Shown here one piece after another: positions 59,676-64,000 of a DNA stretch of 64,000 nucleotides. The notes under the pieces were generated by a model. It was not told the DNA's origin. It saw nothing but the letters and a program-made list of their open reading frames with translations, and did not search any database. The DNA lies in the IMG/VR virus record IMGVR_UViG_3300035698_011431, positions 1 to 64,000 of that record. One strand, given 5' to 3'. The number at the start of each line of letters is the position of its first letter. The first letter of the stretch is position 1. Both the position numbers and the translations under genes were made by a program. This DNA is from a virus. Its lineage: Duplodnaviria > Heunggongvirae > Uroviricota > Caudoviricetes.

Positions 59676-60686
59676 ATGATAATAGCCATCGTAATATTAC
59701 TGATTTCCTTTTATTTATTAGCAAAGATTTGTGATAATTATTTTGTTGATTCATTAGAGAAGATAGCCGACAAATTAAAGTTATCTTCAGATGCAGCAGG
59801 GGCAACTTTGATGGCAATCGGATCAAGTGCACCGGAATTGTTTATATCTATAATTGCATTACTAAAAGGGGGAGGGCATGAGATTATTGGGATAAGCACT
59901 ATAATAGGATCATCTTTATTTAATTTGTTAGTAATTATAGGGATTGTAGCTTTTGTTAAGAAGGCAAAGTTAGTGAAACAACCAGTTATTAGAGACATGA
60001 TCTTTTATGCGTTGGGAGTTATTGTGTTAATAGCAGTAATTATAAATGGATCTATAGGGCTTGTGGAGGCATTAGTATTACTAGCGTTATATCTTGTATA
60101 TGTATATTCAGTTGTTAAATGGCGTAAGTGGTTTCCTTATCAAGACAACGGGAAAGGGGAAGAAGAAGAAAAGATAGGAATGACAGGGATGAATAAAGTT
60201 TTAAGTCATGTTTTTCCAAATAAAAAGAGATATGTACTGACATTTATATTATCTATATTATGGATTGCTTTATTAAGTTGGGGATTAGTTGAAAGTGCTA
60301 TAATGATTGCATATAGATTAAACATTTCCGAGATGATTGTAGCTTTAATTATAGTAGCTATTGGAACATCTATTCCGGACATGATGGGATCTATAATTGC
60401 AGCAAAGAGAGGGAATGTGGATATGGCAGTGAGTAACGCAATAGGCTCAAATGTCTTTGATATATTCTTTGGGTTAGGATTACCATATACAATATGCCTT
60501 ATGTTGGGAGGGAAGATAGCTGTAGATAGTAATAACATCTTAATGGTAGCAATCTATTTAATAGGGACTATAATTATTACGTTATGTCTGTTAAAATTCA
60601 GGAAATGGGTATTAGATAAGAAGACGGGGATAATCATGATAGGATTATATGTAATTTGTTTAATATTATTATTAATTAATCAATAA
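59676..60686 (+). CDS. Ca2+/cation antiporter (CaCA, YrbG-like Na+/Ca2+ exchanger)
   Basis: two alpha-repeats GSSAPELFISIIA and GTSIPDMMGSIIAAKRG; ~10 TM segments. Confidence 0.75.
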   Translation: MIIAIVILLISFYLLAKICDNYFVDSLEKIADKLKLSSDAAGATLMAIGSSAPELFISIIALLKGGGHEIIGISTIIGSSLFNLLVIIGIVAFVKKAKLVKQPVIRDMIFYALGVIVLIAVIINGSIGLVEALVLLALYLVYVYSVVKWRKWFPYQDNGKGEEEEKIGMTGMNKVLSHVFPNKKRYVLTFILSILWIALLSWGLVESAIMIAYRLNISEMIVALIIVAIGTSIPDMMGSIIAAKRGNVDMAVSNAIGSNVFDIFFGLGLPYTICLMLGGKIAVDSNNILMVAIYLIGTIIITLCLLKFRKWVLDKKTGIIMIGLYVICLILLLINQ

Positions 60687-61896
60687 AATGATGTTTATTA
60701 TAGGGTTTGTAGTAGGAATCGTTGTTGGGGCTTATGCTCATAAGACAATAAAAGGATTCATAAATAAGGCAGGGAAAAAGATTGATGAAGTTTCAACTGA
60801 TTCAAGTGAAAAGAAATAAATTATTATTAACATAAAGAAGATGGAAGAAAAAAATAAAATAGATAAAAGTTTGGATAATATAATATCCAAAATAGATTCT
60901 AAGTTTGAGTCAGTAGAAGAGTTAGCAAAGACCGTTGGATCAAGAGCAAAAGGGAAGGTAAAGAAAGTAGTAACTCATATAAAGAAACATAAGAAGACCT
61001 ATATCACATTAGCTGGAGTAGCTTATGGAGTGCATTGGTTATTAAAAGAAGATTAATTAATATAAATCATGACAATATATCCTGAATATTGTGCTTTATT
61101 GGTAGTTTTTATTGTTTGTATTGTTATAGTTGTAAAGGAGGTTGTAAGACATTGGAGCGTTGATAGTGAATTAAGAGAAGCGATTCATGACTGGGAAGAT
61201 GATGAGTGTCATCGATATGATGTTTGTAAAGACTGTTCAAGATATAATGAATATGAGGACGAGTGTAGAAGGAGTAGCCCCTGTATAAAATGGAAGGATT
61301 GGAAGGCTAAAGAATTAGGGATTAAGGAGAAAGAAACAAAGGAAATTAAAAATATTAAATCTAAAAAGAAAATGAAAATACCAAAAATATATAGGATAAT
61401 TCTTTGGGGAATAGTAGTTAAGTTGCTATGGAATTTAACCAGTCTATTAATAAATTACTTAGAAACATTAGTATGATAATCGATATATTAATAATAGTAT
61501 TTATAGTATTTGGTGGAATAGCATGTTGGGGTTTAAGTGATTATGTTAAGGACTTAAGTGATGGGATAGAAGAGAAGTTTTGGGGAGACCATTCCGGTTT
61601 CTTGTATATAGGAGTGTGTAGCTCCCTCTCAATAATTATAATTCTAGGTTGGTGGGCATATGTAATAGAAGCTAATAAATACGAGAAAGTGAAGGAATAC
61701 GAAATACAAGGGCATATGGAGAAACATGGGGATCATTTCGTAGTAGACATGAAGGGAGATACCAATAAGGTTATAGAGGGTGACATTGATTGCGATACTA
61801 TCGAATATGAATACACAAAAGAAGAGCAGAAAGTAGTAATAAAGCAGAATGAATATAAGGACATCCGTGGTTGTAAGAAAGTAATAATATATGTAA

Positions 61897-62544
61897 ATGA
61901 TTAAACCAATTCTAAGTATAGACGACTTTAACTTAGGAAACATAGATCTAGCAAAGACAATACAGTCTTATGGACTACAAGAGAACACTATCTTTTTTAT
62001 TGAGTTAATGGGAAAGAGAGTAGACACAACGGGGAAGACAAAAGAAGAGTTAATAGATCCGGCGAATAAAGTACAAATAGAGAAATTAAACGAGATGGGT
62101 TTCGAGGTTTTTAGCCATAATATTTGGCACGATAATAGCTTGAAAGAAAGGATTCATAAAGAACAGTTTAACCAAATATTTAGAAGTAAAGAGATCTTAG
62201 AGGATTTAACGGGGAAGGAATGTACTTGGTATTGTCCAAATCGTGGTCGCTACAACGAACAAATATTAAACATAATAAAAGATGCAGGATACAAATACAT
62301 TAGAACAACAAAAGTATTTGACATAGAGCCAATAAAGGAAGGGATTAATCATACGAGTTTGCATTGTTTTGAAAGATCAGAATATGAAGGGGTTGATTGG
62401 TTAGAAGTAGGGAAGGGATTAATTGATAAGGTGAATAAGGAAGGCGGGTGTTTTAAAATGTGGGCTCACTGCAAAGAACTCTCAAGACCAGGAGAGATGG
62501 ATAAATTTAAAGAAATATTAAAACATGTCAAAGATAACGAATAA
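61897..62544 (+). CDS. hypothetical protein (possible polysaccharide-deacetylase-like fold; weak)
   Basis: 215 aa; HSHNIWHD motif only. Confidence 0.2.
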   Translation: MIKPILSIDDFNLGNIDLAKTIQSYGLQENTIFFIELMGKRVDTTGKTKEELIDPANKVQIEKLNEMGFEVFSHNIWHDNSLKERIHKEQFNQIFRSKEILEDLTGKECTWYCPNRGRYNEQILNIIKDAGYKYIRTTKVFDIEPIKEGINHTSLHCFERSEYEGVDWLEVGKGLIDKVNKEGGCFKMWAHCKELSRPGEMDKFKEILKHVKDNE

Positions 62545-64000
62545 AGATCCTTGGATGATATTTGATAAGGGTTATATAAATAGAGATAAGATTCAGTATA
62601 TTGAGAAAGGGATGGGTATAGGATTATGGCAAATCACAATAAATGATAAATATACTGGATATTTCCATAGTGAAGTTGAGATGGAAAATATTTTTAAGGA
62701 TCTTACTAGCTTCAACATTTAAAGAAATATTAGATCATAAATAATTTATAAGAAAATATGAATGATAAAGGAATAAGTGATAGCGGGGATGAGCCTGTTG
62801 AATTATGGCGATTATACTATAAGATTTTAAAAAAGTATAAGGGTCAAATAAAGAAAGTGGAATATAGAGAAGGAATAGATAATTATGAATATGGATATGG
62901 AGGATTACTTCCAGAGGAATTAACGAATAATGATTTTTATATGAAGGTTGGGAAGGATAATTTTACGGTCGGGGAACATAAGTATTTTTCGATAGATCTT
63001 TGGGGGAAACCGAAAACTTTTTATACTGTTTGTATGAATCAAGAAGAAATAATACAGGATAGATTGGCAAAAATTTTATATTTTCATATAAGGCAGATAT
63101 ATACAAGCAAAAAAGGTGAACCTTGTATTGATAGGATTAGTGAAAAGGAATTGATGAGAAATAGGGCTAATAAAGTATTAAGTTAATTATAAGGTTGTAT
63201 CAATATATAAACAGACAATACAAGTTTTAATATATAAATGAAGAAAATAAATAGCCAAGGGAAAAAGAAACAAGAGATAAAGAGATAGAACATGATATAG
63301 CTAGAATGCAAGGACGGCAAAAAGGGGAAGAGATTGTATCTAAGATAGAAAGAGAATCTAGTCTCGGGGGATTATTTTCAAGGATGTTTGGGGGATAAGT
63401 TTAAAGAAATATTAAAACATATAATTAAATAATAGAAGATGAAAGAAATAGAAGGAATAGATTTAAATGTATTAGTAGAAAAAACCTCAACAACCATTCT
63501 TGAAGATAAAGAGAAAGAACTTTCGGCTGTAATTAGAGGCATGATGTATAGGCAAATAGCATTACAGCAAGAAATTAAAACATCGGAGAATAAAATCAGT
63601 AAAGATAAGGAGAAATTAGAAAAAATAAAACAGAGGATAACGAAAATAAAAGCAGGAGATTGGAGTGTATTAGAGGAAAAGAAAGAAGAAAAAGAAACTC
63701 ACTCTAAATAAATATTAAAATATATTAATGAAAATACTAATGAGTCATAAACCAGAGTTCAGAATATCCGGAGGCTGGACATTTCAGTCTAATTTTATTA
63801 ATGGAATGAAAAGATATTTTCCTGATGTTGATCTTGTATATGATGAAAATGAAGAACATGATATTTATTTCATGCCAATGGTAACAAGCGTTATAGATGA
63901 CAAGGTTATTGAAAGGGAAAAGGATAAGGGTAAAAAGATAGTAATCAGGCTTGGAAATATGCCAAAACCTTCAAGGAATTCACGACAAAGGATATTTAAT

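Overview
This window is an AT-rich tailed-phage (or prophage) segment with siphovirus-like architecture and an HK97-fold capsid. No integrase is seen in the window.

Gene modules, left to right:
- 18-16981 (+): late morphogenesis and lysis. Prohead protease, major capsid protein, a free-standing GIY-YIG homing endonuclease, connector/neck genes, major tail protein, a tail chaperone with a -1 frameshift extension, tape measure, Dit, Tal, a putative fibre, a holin-like gene and an M15 endolysin.
- 17177-23517 (-): a leftward operon headed by an XRE/cI-like repressor. It carries an Hjc-like resolvase, a possible recombinase, two copies of a small hydrophobic peptide gene, a dockerin-domain protein, an NfeD-like protein and an SPFH/band-7 protein.
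- 23.6-45.8 kb (+): early region. It contains an HNH endonuclease island, an ImmA-like peptidase, a DEDD exonuclease, a replication initiator with internal direct repeats, DnaB helicase, many small ORFs, an SLT transglycosylase, a second HNH (NUMOD4/HNH_3) endonuclease and a PQ-loop protein.
- 45.8-49.4 kb: RNA-repair cassette (HIT protein, Rnl1-like RNA ligase, T4-type polynucleotide kinase/phosphatase, a second KxDG ligase).
- 50.1-54.4 kb: 7-deazaguanine DNA-modification cluster (ParB-like/DpdB-like, DpdA-like transglycosylase, QueD, QueE, QueC, FolE).
- 55.2-56.9 kb: small and large terminase.
- 57.2-58.8 kb: a Ro60/Rsr (TROVE+vWA) homologue immediately preceded by a circularly permuted tRNA-like RNA (YrlA-type Y RNA candidate).
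- 59.0-60.7 kb: a TerD-like protein and a CaCA Ca2+/cation antiporter.

Non-coding content is rich. Six dispersed tRNA-like structured elements share D-arm and T-arm modules, carry compensatory changes in their terminal stems and have expanded 'anticodon' inserts. There is one canonical-looking tRNA (anticodon GTA), two long GC-rich hairpins, a ~500-bp array of nine TTAAGGCAGAT boxes at ~58-bp spacing, and an 18-bp x ~16 tandem repeat inside a CDS. Duplicated sigma70-like promoter/leader modules and several intrinsic terminators sharing an AAAAGCGAGAT box are also present.

Most genes lack Shine-Dalgarno sequences, but a few higher-GC islets carry strong GGAGG sites. Everything here is from reading the sequence and motif recall; no database search was run.
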